A DNA stretch of 50,453 nt, taken from contig JAUPVS010000005.1 of NCBI GenBank assembly GCA_030916945.1, positions 1-50,453 of the forward strand, given 5' to 3'. Position numbers and translations under genes: made by a program. How positions within the stretch are numbered: the first letter of the stretch is position 1; each line of letters opens with the position of its first letter. This DNA comes from Patescibacteria group bacterium. GTDB taxonomy: Bacteria; Patescibacteriota; Saccharimonadia; Saccharimonadales; JAUPVS01. Under the pieces are notes generated by a model that worked only from the letters and a program-made list of their open reading frames with translations, was not told the origin of the DNA and did not search any database. Positions 1 through 8,727 of the stretch are shown here, in pieces.

Positions 1-962
1 GCAATGCTGAGCTGATCTTCTGGTACAACTACGGTGGCTTTTTTGTTGGCTTCGTCGAGCTTAACTTCGGTAACATTGGTTGGGCTCAAAGCGTTCTTGA
101 TGTAGGTAGCGGTGTCATCGTCCCAAACTACAATATCGATCTTTTCTTGTTCGCCAACTTCGCTGACTACAGCGTTCACACGGGTACCATGGCCACCTAC
201 AAAGGTGCCAACTGGGTCAACTCCGGGTACGGTGCTACTAACGGCGATCTTGGTGCGGACACCAGCTTCGCGGGCGATACCCTTAATTTCGACGGCACCA
301 TTTTCCATCTCGGGAACTTCGGCCCGGAACAACCATTCGATAAAGTCACCGTTGCCACGACTGACAACCAGTTGCGGGCCACGAAAGCCGCGTTCAACAT
401 CTTTTAAGAAAACCTTAAGGCGTTGGCCAGGGTAATAACGCTCGCCTTGGATCTGTTCGCTGGCGGGCATAATACCTTGGGCTTTACCTAGGTCAATCCG
501 CACGATACGACCTTCGACACGAGCCACGATACCATTAATGACGGTACCAATTTTATCTTCGTATTCATTCATGATGATGTCACGTTCGGCTTCGCGCAAG
601 CGCTGTAAAATAACTTGCTTGGCAGTTTGGGCGGCAACACGACCAAACGTCTCGACCTTTTCTTCGACTTCGATCTCTTCGCCAACTTTGGCATTCTTCT
701 GGCGCACCTGAGCTTCGCTAAGCGAGATTTCGGTACGGGGGTCTTCTACCTTGTCGACAATTTGTTTAGTCACAAAGGCAACCACATCACCGGTGTTTAG
801 GTTCATACTAACGCGCACTTCTTGTTCGCGATCACCATAATCACGGCGGTAAGCGGCCGCTAAGGCCTGCTCAACAACTTCTTGAACGGTTTCTTGCGGA
901 AGATTCTTTTCTTCGGCAATGGTTTGAATGGCGATAGCCAATTGTTTAAAGTCAAAATCCAT
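1..962 (-). CDS. nusA: Transcription termination/antitermination factor NusA (3' end runs off the window)
   Basis: Not in the ORF track because it is open at the window edge. Minus-strand translation from ATG at 962 gives MDFDFKQLAIAIQTIAEEKNLPQETVQEVVEQALAAAYRRDYG...FGRVAAQTAKQVILQRLREAER...AREAGVRTKIAV...DPVGTFVGGHGTRVNAV, the NusA N-terminal/S1/KH signatures. SD-like AAAGGAG upstream. Confidence 0.97.
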   Translation of the reverse strand, partial: MDFDFKQLAIAIQTIAEEKNLPQETVQEVVEQALAAAYRRDYGDREQEVRVSMNLNTGDVVAFVTKQIVDKVEDPRTEISLSEAQVRQKNAKVGEEIEVEEKVETFGRVAAQTAKQVILQRLREAERDIIMNEYEDKIGTVINGIVARVEGRIVRIDLGKAQGIMPASEQIQGERYYPGQRLKVFLKDVERGFRGPQLVVSRGNGDFIEWLFRAEVPEMENGAVEIKGIAREAGVRTKIAVSSTVPGVDPVGTFVGGHGTRVNAVVSEVGEQEKIDIVVWDDDTATYIKNALSPTNVTEVKLDEANKKATVVVPEDQLSI

Positions 963-993
963 TTTTTCTCCTTTGGTTCTGGTCTTTTGCATG

Positions 994-1019
994 AAAAAAG
1001 CCGACCTGTTGGCCGACCT
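994..1019 (-). terminator. Weak intrinsic terminator/attenuator in the nusA leader
   Basis: Minus strand AGGTCGGCC-AACA-GGTCGGCTTTTTT: a stem with several G-U pairs followed by a U tract, between a TACAAT -10 (1035-1030) and the nusA RBS. Confidence 0.6.
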
Positions 1020-1137
1020 GAACAGCTACATTGTAGCGTATTACTAGCTAGTTTTCAATACCGTACCCCGGGTGACTGCAGTATTAAAGACAAACTAACA
1101 ACAGCGCGCAGTCTAGGGGCGTGCTAAAATTACTGTA

Positions 1138-3711
1138 ATGAGTAAAGATGTGACCCGACTGTTTGAGCAGTTTCAGCCCGAACATTATGACCTGCATATC
1201 GCCCCCAATGCGCATTCACTGAAATTCAAGGGCACGGTGACGGTGCGTGGTAAAAAAACCGGCAAGCCGACCCAGCGGATCACCCTCCACCAGCACGCTC
1301 TTAGTATTATCAGCGCCACTGTCGTTAAACACGACAAGAAAGGCGATCAAGAAATACCGCTCGATCGCGTCAACACTCACGCCCGATATGACGAAGTCAG
1401 ACTACACAGCCCGCAGATGATCTACCCGGGCGATTACACCATAACCATCGAATTCAGCGGTAAGATCACCCGTCATATGAACGGTCTATATCCGTGCTTC
1501 TTTCAGCATGACGGTAAAGAAAAGAAACTACTTGCTACCCAGTTCGAAAGTCACCATGCCCGCGAGGTTTTTCCGTGTATTGACGAGCCCGAAGCCAAGG
1601 CCACGTTTGACCTTAGTCTAACAACACCCAAAGATGATGTCGTTATTGCCAACACCCCCGAGCTAAAAGTCATCGACGAACTCGAAGACCACAAGACCAC
1701 CATTTTTCAGACCACTCCTAAAATGTCAGTTTATTTACTGGCCTTCGTGGTTGGTGAAATGGGCTATAAAGAAGCCACCACCAAAGACGGTGTTACCATC
1801 AGAACCTACGCTACACCCGACAATGTTCAGTTCACCGATTTTGCGCTTGATGTAGCCGTTAAGTGCCTCGAGTTCTATAACGACTATTTTGATATTCCCT
1901 ACCCACTACCAAAATGCGACATGATCGCCCTGCCGGACTTTGCCAGCGGCGCCATGGAAAACTGGGGCTGCATTACCTATCGCGAACACTGCATGCTGTA
2001 CGATCCCAAGAACACCAGCCTACCTACCAAGCAGTACATCGCCATGGTGGTGGCGCACGAGTTGGCTCATCAATGGTTCGGCAACCTCGTCACCATGCGA
2101 TGGTGGACCGATTTGTGGCTCAACGAAGGTTTTGCCAGCTGGATTGAATACCTGGCAATCGACAAACTCTTCCCCGAATGGCAAATGTGGACCCAGTTCA
2201 TTACCGATGAGCAGCACGGCGCCCTGCGACTTGATGCTCTCGACAACACCCACCCGGTTGAAGTGCCGGTTAAGCATCCCGACGAAATTCGCAGCATCTT
2301 TGACACCATCAGCTACTGCAAGGGCGCCAGCGTCATCCATATGTTGCACGAGTACCTTAGCCCGGCCGTATTCCGCGATGGTTTGCGCCATTACCTAAAG
2401 AAACATGCCTATCAAAACACTGACACCGTCGATCTGTGGCACTCCCTGGCCGAAGTCTCTAAAAAACCAGTCGAAAACTTTATGGCAACCTGGACCAGCG
2501 AACCCGGCTTTCCAATTATTAAAGCCCACCGCGACGACGGCGTCCTGACCGTTAAGCAAGAACGTTATTACACGAATCCGTTACACCACAGCCGTCACCA
2601 TAAGGTAATCTGGCCGATTCCCTTGGCTGGCAAAGGTGTCCCGGATTTGTTAGACGAACCAGCCGCCGAGTGGCATTTAGACGAAGCCTACATTAAATTG
2701 AACGGTGGTCAGGGTGGCTTTTACCGGGTTGCCTACAACCGTGCCTATCTGCACAAATTAGCCGAACAAGTTCCGACCGGCAAGCTAAGCCCGCTCGACC
2801 GACTGGGCCTACTTAGTGACGCTATCGAAACCGCTAAGGCCGGCTATTCACGCACCGCGCACGCTCTTGATCTGCTGCAGTATTACCAAGACGAAGACAA
2901 TAATGCCGTTTGGGATATCATTGGCGGTACTGTCAATGCCGTAAGGGTGGTTATGAATGATGAAGAGCTACGCGAAAGTATGAAACCGTTTGTACGTAAA
3001 CTGGTGGCCAAACAGCTAGACCGACTGGGCTGGGAGCCAAAACCAGACGAAATCTACTTTGATAGTCTGCTGCGGCCGACCATTTTAGGCTTAGCCTCAA
3101 TTTCGGATGAACCAAGTGTCGTGGCTGAGTGTTTACAGCGCTTTGAAAAAATGAAAAGCCCTCAAGACATCCCGCCCGACCTGCGTGGTCTGGTTTATAG
3201 CACAGCAGCTCGCCATGGCGATCAAAAAACCTTTAATCACCTTCTAAAGCTCTACCGGTCGACCGACCAAAGCGAGGAACAAATTACCATTGCCGCCGCC
3301 CTAACTTCGTTTAAACAGCCGGAGCTAATTAAGAAAGCTTTGGCACTTATTACCACCGATACTGTTCGTTTACAGGATATCGGTCACTGGGTGGCCTACA
3401 GTTTCATGAACCGACACGGCAAGCACTTAGCCTGGAAGTGGCTAACTAAGAACTGGGATTGGCTCAGTGATAATCTTGGTAAGGATTTGAGTTTCTCTCG
3501 CTTCCCGCTGTATGCCGCGCGCTGCTTTAGTGACGAAACCTTCTTGCCCGAGTTCAAACACTTCTTCTCTTCAAAGATGACGCCATCGCTAGAAAGAGCC
3601 TATAACCAAGGTGTCGAAACGGTTGAGTGGCAGGCCGCCTGGAAAGCCCGTGATCTTGAACAGATCAAGCAATTCTTTATAGATCAAGCAGCAGGCAGTC
3701 AGAAACCGTAA
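1138..3711 (+). CDS. pepN: M1 family aminopeptidase (aminopeptidase N)
   Basis: TQFE, FPCIDEP, GAMENWG and HELAHQW...NEG (HExxH-x18-E) motifs; ERAP1-like C-terminal region. Confidence 0.95.
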   Translation: MSKDVTRLFEQFQPEHYDLHIAPNAHSLKFKGTVTVRGKKTGKPTQRITLHQHALSIISATVVKHDKKGDQEIPLDRVNTHARYDEVRLHSPQMIYPGDYTITIEFSGKITRHMNGLYPCFFQHDGKEKKLLATQFESHHAREVFPCIDEPEAKATFDLSLTTPKDDVVIANTPELKVIDELEDHKTTIFQTTPKMSVYLLAFVVGEMGYKEATTKDGVTIRTYATPDNVQFTDFALDVAVKCLEFYNDYFDIPYPLPKCDMIALPDFASGAMENWGCITYREHCMLYDPKNTSLPTKQYIAMVVAHELAHQWFGNLVTMRWWTDLWLNEGFASWIEYLAIDKLFPEWQMWTQFITDEQHGALRLDALDNTHPVEVPVKHPDEIRSIFDTISYCKGASVIHMLHEYLSPAVFRDGLRHYLKKHAYQNTDTVDLWHSLAEVSKKPVENFMATWTSEPGFPIIKAHRDDGVLTVKQERYYTNPLHHSRHHKVIWPIPLAGKGVPDLLDEPAAEWHLDEAYIKLNGGQGGFYRVAYNRAYLHKLAEQVPTGKLSPLDRLGLLSDAIETAKAGYSRTAHALDLLQYYQDEDNNAVWDIIGGTVNAVRVVMNDEELRESMKPFVRKLVAKQLDRLGWEPKPDEIYFDSLLRPTILGLASISDEPSVVAECLQRFEKMKSPQDIPPDLRGLVYSTAARHGDQKTFNHLLKLYRSTDQSEEQITIAAALTSFKQPELIKKALALITTDTVRLQDIGHWVAYSFMNRHGKHLAWKWLTKNWDWLSDNLGKDLSFSRFPLYAARCFSDETFLPEFKHFFSSKMTPSLERAYNQGVETVEWQAAWKARDLEQIKQFFIDQAAGSQKP

Positions 3712-4021
3712 ACTCCGGTCCTTCAACCTGAACGGCCCCCAAACGGTAGTCGCCCGTCCAGCCATGCCGATGCACCCAAACCTCAGCCGCAAACCGCATC
3801 CGACGCAATTTCTGGGTGGTTAGATAATCAAAACCGCTGCCTTGCCGAGCCGTCTGACGATATTTGACCTCAACAAAGCAGATAACGGCCTGCCGTTGAG
3901 CAACCAGATCAATTTCGCAATAACGGGTCCGCCAATTCCTGGCAACAATTTTATAACCCTGGGCACGTAAGTAATTAGTCGCTACGGCCTCGGCCCGTCT
4001 ACCTACTGCCGTAGTGTTCAT
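3677..4021 (-). CDS. yraN: YraN family (UPF0102) putative endonuclease
   Basis: G..AE..A..YL...GY.I..RNWR...EIDLVA...FVEVKYR pattern; usual position downstream of rnhB. Confidence 0.9.
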   Translation of the reverse strand: MNTTAVGRRAEAVATNYLRAQGYKIVARNWRTRYCEIDLVAQRQAVICFVEVKYRQTARQGSGFDYLTTQKLRRMRFAAEVWVHRHGWTGDYRLGAVQVEGPEFTVSDCLLLDL

Positions 4022-4572
4022 AATAAAGCTTGAATTGGCTTATAGGACTTACGGTGATGGCTGGACACGCCAAGAACTTTGAGAGCCTCTAGGTGGGCTT
4101 TGGTGCCATAACCAACATGCGACTCAAAACCATAGCCCTGACACTGCAACGCTAAGTCGGTCATGGCTTGATCGCGCGTGACCTTAGCATGGATACTAGC
4201 CGCACTAACAATTGGATAGGCCGAATCGGCCGCCACCACGCAAGTGACATTTTGGTACTGCGTGTCACAGTAATTAATCGATCCGTCCATAATTATCTCT
4301 TCGCTATCTTGGGCGTCGATGGCCGTCAGGGCACGAGAGACCGCTAAACGCATGGCGGCCGTCAAGCCAAGCTGGTCAATCTCTTGGGGCTGTGCCCAAC
4401 CTTCGCCCAGCTGGCAACTTGAGGCGATTCCCGCTAGCAAAGCCAAGCGCTGTTTTTTGGAGAGTTTTTTTGAATCATCTAAGCCGTACGGTAAGTCGCC
4501 CGTTTGGCGGGCTGCCACCACTAACAAAGGCCCCGCCCAACAACCCCTACCAACTTCATCAATACCAATCAT
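4018..4572 (-). CDS. rnhB: Ribonuclease HII
   Basis: IGIDEVGRG, DDSKKL, SAASI.AKVTRD, H.GYGT..H and HRKSY motifs. Confidence 0.95.
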   Translation of the reverse strand: MIGIDEVGRGCWAGPLLVVAARQTGDLPYGLDDSKKLSKKQRLALLAGIASSCQLGEGWAQPQEIDQLGLTAAMRLAVSRALTAIDAQDSEEIIMDGSINYCDTQYQNVTCVVAADSAYPIVSAASIHAKVTRDQAMTDLALQCQGYGFESHVGYGTKAHLEALKVLGVSSHHRKSYKPIQALL

Positions 4573-4586
4573 GACCTTATGGTAAC

Positions 4587-4610
4587 AAAAAACCGCCTCG
4601 ATTGAGGCGG
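4587..4610 (-). terminator. Rho-independent terminator of rplS
   Basis: Minus strand CCGCCTC-AATC-GAGGCGG-TTTTTT, a perfect 7-bp stem 22 nt after the rplS stop. Confidence 0.85.
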
Positions 4611-4632
4611 CAATTAACTACTTTTTAAGAAT

Positions 4633-5163
4633 TTACTCTTCTTCGCCGTCCGACTTACGGTTGGCTAGAGCTTCGGCCGCTTTGGCTTCGAGCTTAGCTT
4701 CTTCTTCGGCCTTCTTGGCGGCTTCGGCTTCGGCGGCCTTAGCAACTTCTTCTTTTAGCTTCTCTTCTTCGGCTTCGGCCTTAAGATCACGTACATCGTT
4801 AACAGCTTCTTTATCAAAAGCCATACCAGTCAAACGAGCTGACTTACCGGTACGGGCGCGCATGTAGCTGAGGTAGTTACGGCGAACCTTACTACGCTTA
4901 ACAATTTCTACTTTGGTAACTAGTGGTGAGTGCAGCAGGTAAGTCTTTTCGACACCAACGCCACTGGCAATACGACGCACCGTAATAGAGGCGGTGTGAC
5001 TGGTTTTACGGTCAACGCGAATAACCAGACCTTCAAAGATCTGGATGCGCTCTTTGTTGCCTTCGCGAATCTTTTGGTGCACCTTAACGGTGTCGCCACT
5101 TTTGACGTCAACAACGGCATGCTTCTTGAACTGCTGTTCGATTTCGTTAATAACAGATGACAT
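4633..5163 (-). CDS. rplS: 50S ribosomal protein L19 with Ala/Glu/Lys-rich C-terminal extension
   Basis: GDTVKVHQKIREGNKERIQIFEG, TVRRIASGVGVEK and KVRRNYLSYMR motifs. Confidence 0.97.
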   Translation of the reverse strand: MSSVINEIEQQFKKHAVVDVKSGDTVKVHQKIREGNKERIQIFEGLVIRVDRKTSHTASITVRRIASGVGVEKTYLLHSPLVTKVEIVKRSKVRRNYLSYMRARTGKSARLTGMAFDKEAVNDVRDLKAEAEEEKLKEEVAKAAEAEAAKKAEEEAKLEAKAAEALANRKSDGEEE

Positions 5164-5216
5164 ATCTAAACAATCCTACACTATTTAAGCCTGTTAATCA
5201 AGTGTTTACTTGGCAA

Positions 5217-5615
5217 TTATGCCGTACCGGGCTCTTCGGAACGATAAAATGTTGGAAAACTGGATAAGTCTAGCTTCAAATTAGTGGCATCGTTCTCGCT
5301 CATTGGACCCCTGACTTGGCATTCTGGGTCTAGTAACGAGTCCGCAGCTACCTGAATAGTATCTTCGGGCATACCAGCAGCTTTAAGTAGGGCGTACTTG
5401 AGGTCGGACAAGACGGCTAGTTCGATAACTTCACACTCTGGGCACAAGTAGCGCATGTGGTGTTCAAGAATCGAGCCTCGCCCGTTTGGTTGGCTGTGTA
5501 TCATACTAACGACCGCGATATCGCTAACGACAATGTCAGGACCTTCATATAATCCGTAGACTGGTCGACTGGGGTCGTTGTAGCGTTCGGCTTGGCAAAA
5601 AATTCTAATGGGCAT
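5217..5615 (-). CDS. Hypothetical protein (orphan, CPEC motif)
   Basis: 132-aa ORF filling the gap between the pilB-like gene and rplS, with its own promoter-like TTGCAA-17-TATAAA. No family recognised. Confidence 0.65.
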   Translation of the reverse strand: MPIRIFCQAERYNDPSRPVYGLYEGPDIVVSDIAVVSMIHSQPNGRGSILEHHMRYLCPECEVIELAVLSDLKYALLKAAGMPEDTIQVAADSLLDPECQVRGPMSENDATNLKLDLSSFPTFYRSEEPGTA

Positions 5616-5621
5616 AGACTT

Positions 5622-5650
5622 TTTATACTATTTTTATAGAGGTTTTGCAA
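5622..5650 (-). promoter_or_regulatory. sigma70-type promoter of orphan 5217-5615
   Basis: TTGCAA (5650-5645), 17-nt spacer, TATAAA (5627-5622), 6 nt before ATG. Confidence 0.5.
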
Positions 5651-5652
5651 AC

Positions 5653-7254
5653 TTAGCCAACGACGCGGTAGACTTCTTCTAGCGTGGTTTCGCCAGCAAT
5701 AACTTTAAGAATGCCGTCTTGGATCATGGTGCGCATGCCGCTTTTTATAGCGGCTGCTTCGATGTCTTGGGTGCTGGTGGCTTTGCCTTCGGCCAGTAGT
5801 TTACCAATTTCGCCGGTCATCAAGAACTGTTCGCGCAAAGCAACTTGGCCGGTGTAACCAAACGGGTTTTCGGCTGATTTACCTGGCTTGTATAGCTTGA
5901 GCTTGGTTAGGTCTGGCTTAGCAATACCCTCGGGCAAAGTGTCGACTATAGACTTAATGCGCGCTACGGTTGCTTCGTCGGCTTGGTAAGCTTCTTTGGT
6001 CTTATCATCGAGCTTGCGCACTAAGCGCTGTGCCATCACCAGCCTGATGGCCGATACAAACAGTGGATTTTCGCCAATAATGTCAATTAAGCGGGTGAGG
6101 GCGGCGGCGGCTGACGAGGCGTGGAAGGTCGACAGCACCAAGTGGCCAGTTAGTGAAGCCTGCAGAGCTGTCTTGGCCGTATCGGTGTCGCGGATCTCAC
6201 CAACCATCACAATATCGGGGTCAAGGCGCAGAACGGCTCGCAACCGTTCGGCAAATTTTGTTTCTTTACTATTGGCCGAGGTAACCGAAATCTGGGTTAT
6301 GCCATTAAACTGGTATTCAACCGGGTCTTCGATGGTAATTATTTTGCGCTCGTCGCTGTTGAGCGAGTTGAGCATCGAATAGAGCGTAGTGGTTTTACCG
6401 GAGCCAGTTGGGCCAACTGCCAAAACCAACCCAGACGGACGGCTAATAATGTCGTCGACCACCTGACGCTGGTCAGGGCTAAGACCTAGCCGGTCGAGCT
6501 GATACATTTCTTGATTCATGTTAAACAGACGCATTACCACATCGATACCATTAATAGTTGGTACGGTTTCTAGACGCAAGTTAACGTCGACCGGGCTACC
6601 ATCGGCCATTTGGACCTTTTGGGCGATATGACCTTGCTGGGCGTCATCCGACGAAGTCGAAATATTACCAGCACTGGCAATGGCTGATATCAAGGTGCGG
6701 TATTTGTCGGGCGCAATTTGGGCAATGGTGTGAAGCACGCCGTCGATGCGCAAACGCACCCGCACAAATTCAGGCTGAGTTTCGAGGTGGATGTCGGAGG
6801 CGTTAAGTTTATGGGCTTGCTGCACCAAATAAGCCAACGTATCATCAGCGCGCACCTGCGAAATTGTGTTAGAAACTTGCTGAACCAGGTTTTCATCTTT
6901 GGCCTTATTAATACTGATGTCTTGGTATTCAATCTTTTTCGGGGGGTTATAGAGCGCCATGTACTCCCTAAAACCAACGTCAGAAATTAAAGCAAAGCTG
7001 ACCCGTTGATCCAGGAAACGATTATTAAGGTTACCCATGGTCTGTTGCGAAGTCGTATTGGTAACACCAAAAGTTATGCTGTTTTGGTCGGCTTGTAGTG
7101 GCACCACCCGTAAACTCGACAATTCATTGAAAGGCATCAGATCTTTATAGAGGGTCTTTTGGGCAATCTGCGAGGTATCAATATAGGCCATATTCAGAAT
7201 TTGAGCGCGGCGTAGGGTGGCCTGCTCTTCGTCGCGGCGTGCATCTTGACTCAT
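5653..7254 (-). CDS. GspE/PilB-family pilus or secretion assembly ATPase
   Basis: ASDIHLE, RLRIDGVL, Walker A GPTGSGKTTT, Asp box TIEDPVEY, Walker B LRLDPDIVMVGEIRD, His box TGHLVLSTFH. Start moved to ATG 7254 to avoid overlap with the divergent gene. Confidence 0.92.
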   Translation of the reverse strand: MSQDARRDEEQATLRRAQILNMAYIDTSQIAQKTLYKDLMPFNELSSLRVVPLQADQNSITFGVTNTTSQQTMGNLNNRFLDQRVSFALISDVGFREYMALYNPPKKIEYQDISINKAKDENLVQQVSNTISQVRADDTLAYLVQQAHKLNASDIHLETQPEFVRVRLRIDGVLHTIAQIAPDKYRTLISAIASAGNISTSSDDAQQGHIAQKVQMADGSPVDVNLRLETVPTINGIDVVMRLFNMNQEMYQLDRLGLSPDQRQVVDDIISRPSGLVLAVGPTGSGKTTTLYSMLNSLNSDERKIITIEDPVEYQFNGITQISVTSANSKETKFAERLRAVLRLDPDIVMVGEIRDTDTAKTALQASLTGHLVLSTFHASSAAAALTRLIDIIGENPLFVSAIRLVMAQRLVRKLDDKTKEAYQADEATVARIKSIVDTLPEGIAKPDLTKLKLYKPGKSAENPFGYTGQVALREQFLMTGEIGKLLAEGKATSTQDIEAAAIKSGMRTMIQDGILKVIAGETTLEEVYRVVG

Positions 7255-7311
7255 ACCCCTATTAAAGCATAAGCAGTCGCTTCTATAAACAGATTCCGTA
7301 TACTTAATATT

Positions 7312-7818
7312 ATGTCGCCAACCATAATTTTGATTGCCCATAACCTGCGGAGCAGCCATAACGTCGGTTCATTGCTGCGAACCGCCGAAGGGCTAGGCGT
7401 TGAAGACGTCTATTTAACAGGTTACACACCGTTCCCAGCAACCGCCCATGACAGCCGCCTGCCCCACATCGCTCAAAAAGTCGATCGCCAAATCAGCAAG
7501 ACCGCGCTAGGCGCTGAAACAACCCAAAACTGGCAACAGCGCGATAGTATTGATGATCTGGTAACCGAACTAAGGGCCGAAGGTTATACCATTGCAGCTG
7601 TTGAGCAAACTGGCACCGCAGTGGCCCTGCCTAGCTACCAGCCTCCAAAAAAGGTTGCCTTAATTGTGGGCCGCGAAGTCGAAGGTATCGAACCGGAGGT
7701 TCTAGCTTTAACCGATTTGCAGCTCGTCATACCAATGTTCGGTAGCAAGGAATCATTCAATGTCGTCCAGGCGGCGGCCATGGCGCTGTATCACTGTCGT
7801 TTTGGCTTGCCAAATTAG
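7312..7818 (+). CDS. TrmH/SpoU family RNA methyltransferase
   Basis: NLRSSHNVGSLLRTAE, LIVGREVEGI and IPM.G.KESFNV..AA SPOUT motifs. Confidence 0.9.
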   Translation: MSPTIILIAHNLRSSHNVGSLLRTAEGLGVEDVYLTGYTPFPATAHDSRLPHIAQKVDRQISKTALGAETTQNWQQRDSIDDLVTELRAEGYTIAAVEQTGTAVALPSYQPPKKVALIVGREVEGIEPEVLALTDLQLVIPMFGSKESFNVVQAAAMALYHCRFGLPN

Positions 7819-7845
7819 CCATAAGCGACGTACAATAACTATAAG

Positions 7846-8727
7846 ATGCCTCTTAAAACAAAAAATAAAGCTCAGGCTAGACACCCGCACCATTACAACA
7901 AGGTCTATTGGCCTTACATTCCTTTGGTACTACTAGTCATAGTCGGGTTATGGCTGGGCATGCCCATGGCCGAGCGCTCGCAGAACGGCGTCCTGTCTTA
8001 TTCGACCAGTATTAGTGACAGCGGTCTACTGACCGAGTCCAATAGTGTTCGTCAAAAGAACCAGCAACCACGCTTGGTGCAGAACCCCCAATTAGCAGCA
8101 GCTGCCCAAGCTAAGGCCACCGATATGGCCAATCGCAACTACTGGACCCACCTAACCCCAGAAGGCAAAACGCCATGGAGCTTTATTGACAGCCAGGGCT
8201 ACACCTATAACAAGGCTGGTGAAAACTTAGCTTATGGCTTTGCCACTCAGGCCGAAGTTGTTACCGGTTGGCTCAATAGCCCAGCCCATAAAGAAAATCT
8301 GCTCGACAAAGACTACCGTGAGGTTGGTTATGGCGTCGCCAACAGCCCCGACTACCAAGGTAGTGGCCCGCAAACAATTGTTGTTGCTCTTTACGCCACG
8401 CCTAAAACAACCCCGATCGTAACCTCTAAGACCGACAGCACGGTGATGGCCTTTAGCACTACTAACCCAGTGACCAATCCGGCTTCGCAGTCGATCAGTA
8501 AGGTTCAGGTACTAACCGGTGGCAGCACCCCTTGGATTACCTTTGCGGTCGGCTTGGCGGCGGGCGTTGCCTTGGCACTATTGATCGCCAAAAACGGTTT
8601 GCACTTACACCGTTCACTCAAAAAGGGCGAAAAGTTCGTTCTAAAACACCCGATTCTCGATGTAACCATAGTAGTTTTTGTAGCCATCTGTGCTCTGTTA
8701 TCACGCAGTACCGGCTTGATTCAATAA
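7846..8727 (+). CDS. CAP/SCP-domain membrane protein
   Basis: N-terminal TM; L..AAQAKA.DM..RNYWTH, AGENLAYG, GWLNSP.HKEN, Y.EVGYG CAP motifs; two C-terminal TMs. Confidence 0.88.
   Translation: MPLKTKNKAQARHPHHYNKVYWPYIPLVLLVIVGLWLGMPMAERSQNGVLSYSTSISDSGLLTESNSVRQKNQQPRLVQNPQLAAAAQAKATDMANRNYWTHLTPEGKTPWSFIDSQGYTYNKAGENLAYGFATQAEVVTGWLNSPAHKENLLDKDYREVGYGVANSPDYQGSGPQTIVVALYATPKTTPIVTSKTDSTVMAFSTTNPVTNPASQSISKVQVLTGGSTPWITFAVGLAAGVALALLIAKNGLHLHRSLKKGEKFVLKHPILDVTIVVFVAICALLSRSTGLIQ

Noticed and set aside
112-1127. Plus-strand ORFs 112-435, 147-407, 615-800 and 882-1127
   Set aside because: They are antisense shadows of nusA and its leader; the minus-strand frame has clear NusA motifs.
7255-7359. 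N-terminal extensions in the ORF track (pilB-like 7359; also ppa 36834, GDPD 36635, Nudix 41996, DUF2207 46989)
   Set aside because: They overlap neighbouring genes or promoters; downstream ATGs fit family starts and -10/SD positions better.
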